Assembly: GCF_000400465.1 (NCBI RefSeq)
Contig: NW_008806275.1
Span: 588,156 to 620,155 of the forward strand
Length of the DNA: 32,000 nt
From: Wallemia ichthyophaga EXF-994
Lineage: Eukaryota > Fungi > Basidiomycota
Reading direction: 5' to 3'
The position numbers were made by a program, and so were the translations under genes. Below, piece by piece: positions 31,189 to 32,000 of this stretch (positions within the stretch are counted from its first letter, which is position 1; each line of letters opens with the position of its first letter). The notes under the pieces are model-generated. The model had not been told where the DNA came from. It ran no database searches and saw only the letters and a program-made list of their open reading frames with translations.

Positions 31189-32000
31189 TTACTCGAACAA
31201 ATTGAGCAAAATTGCAATAATAGCATCCACTAGCATCACAATTGCATAGATTACTCCTCCTATACATCCTGTCTTTAATGCCTTCTCAACTCTCTGGTAT
31301 GTACTCAGTTGGGTTTGATTGCTGAGTATGTTTGTGTATATATCTTGAGTCAACTGGGCCACTTTATCCCAACTGTACATCCTGCGCACTGTGAGGTGAT
31401 TGTCTTTTTTGCGTGCATTTCCTTCATGTACAGCCTGCCATTTTAGTGTAGACAGTGCCCTTTCTATAGCATCCACTACACTCACATCGCTCACGTCGTC
31501 GGCATACTCCACCATATGGGGCGGTAGCACTTCGGGGATACCACCCACCTTGGTACTGACGACATAGAGGCCCGTCGACGCAGCTTCTAAAAGGACGATA
31601 CCGAAGCTCTCTGTAAGACTGGTGTTGAGGTATATGTCGCCCCTGCGCATAACTTCCGATACGCAACTCGGTGGAACATTGCCCAGTATCTCCACGCGGT
31701 CTTGCAAGCCGTGTCTTTCAACCATACGTTCGAGCTCTGCCATCAGTGGACCGTCTCCACCGACAATAAAGTGTACATGAGCATAACGAGCGCAGATGAT
31801 GGGAGCCGCCGCGATGAGCAGGTCGACACCTTTTCGGTAAAAGAGGCGTGATATCGTGACGATAGTGATTGTGTGTTTGCTGGTGGAGTGCAAGCGAGGA
31901 ACGAAATGGTCACTGATGATAGCATTCGGTATGACGTGCATGATGTTCTGATCTAGCTGCCCCCTCAACATAGTGTTATCGCGCCCAGACATACTGACAC
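31189..32000 (-). CDS. GPI3: PI-GlcNAc transferase catalytic subunit Gpi3/Spt14/PIG-A (GT4 glycosyltransferase), C-terminal half only
   Basis: VIPNAI, ITIVTISRLFYRKGVDLL, FIVGGDGP, GDIYLNTSLTESFG..LLEAASTGLYVVSTKVGGIPEVLP, YSWDKVA, C-terminal hydrophobic segment. The N-terminus lies beyond the window. Confidence 0.92.
   Translation of the reverse strand, partial: VSMSGRDNTMLRGQLDQNIMHVIPNAIISDHFVPRLHSTSKHTITIVTISRLFYRKGVDLLIAAAPIICARYAHVHFIVGGDGPLMAELERMVERHGLQDRVEILGNVPPSCVSEVMRRGDIYLNTSLTESFGIVLLEAASTGLYVVSTKVGGIPEVLPPHMVEYADDVSDVSVVDAIERALSTLKWQAVHEGNARKKDNHLTVRRMYSWDKVAQLTQDIYTNILSNQTQLSTYQRVEKALKTGCIGGVIYAIVMLVDAIIAILLNLFE

Noticed and set aside
31152-31196. Possible 37-nt terminal intron extending GPI3 into URM1 antisense; TTCGAGTA direct repeat
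   Set aside because: Shorter than every supported intron here (45 nt or more) and lacking a branch point; the unspliced stop at 31189-31191 is sufficient.
1-32000. Transposons, CRISPR arrays, rRNA, snRNAs, pheromone-precursor micro-ORFs
   Set aside because: I saw no transposase or RT motifs, terminal repeats, repeat-spacer arrays, U1/U2/U4/U5/U6 signatures, or short CaaX-ending ORFs.

Overview
Intron-containing eukaryotic DNA from an unusually compact fungal genome. I inferred 21 protein-coding genes (two cut by the window edges) and one intron-containing tRNA-Gln(UUG) in 32 kb. About 39 GT-AG introns were placed by hand; they are 45-62 nt, except one of 76 nt, and each modelled junction preserves the reading frame. 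The proteins look basidiomycete. The tiny intergenic spacers and short introns suggest a streamlined genome such as Wallemia (inference only, no database search). Gene order: PAN1-like(-), CAF-1 large subunit(+), small orphan(+), HSP12(+), Fus3/Kss1 MAPK(-), SEC24C/SFB3-like(+), RAS1(-), PA2G4/cdb4(-), tRNA-Gln(+), mitochondrial SerRS(+), GPI-anchored Ser-rich protein(-), MINDY DUB(-), orphan acidic CaaX protein(+), TAF5(+), Lon PIM1(-), MAF1(+), F-box protein(+), RPB9(+), cytochrome b5-like MAPR(+), GPI8(-), URM1(+), GPI3/PIG-A(-). I found no mobile element, CRISPR array or novel enzyme cluster. The most unusual signals are architectural: (1) start codons of divergent genes only 18 bp apart (MAPK/SEC24); (2) a same-strand 10-nt CDS overlap (F-box/RPB9) followed by 36-, 0-, 74- and 29-nt spacers; (3) an unrecognised 543-aa disordered protein whose CaaX box is completed by a 5-nt terminal exon, head-to-head with a MINDY DUB carrying a near-identical CaaX tail.
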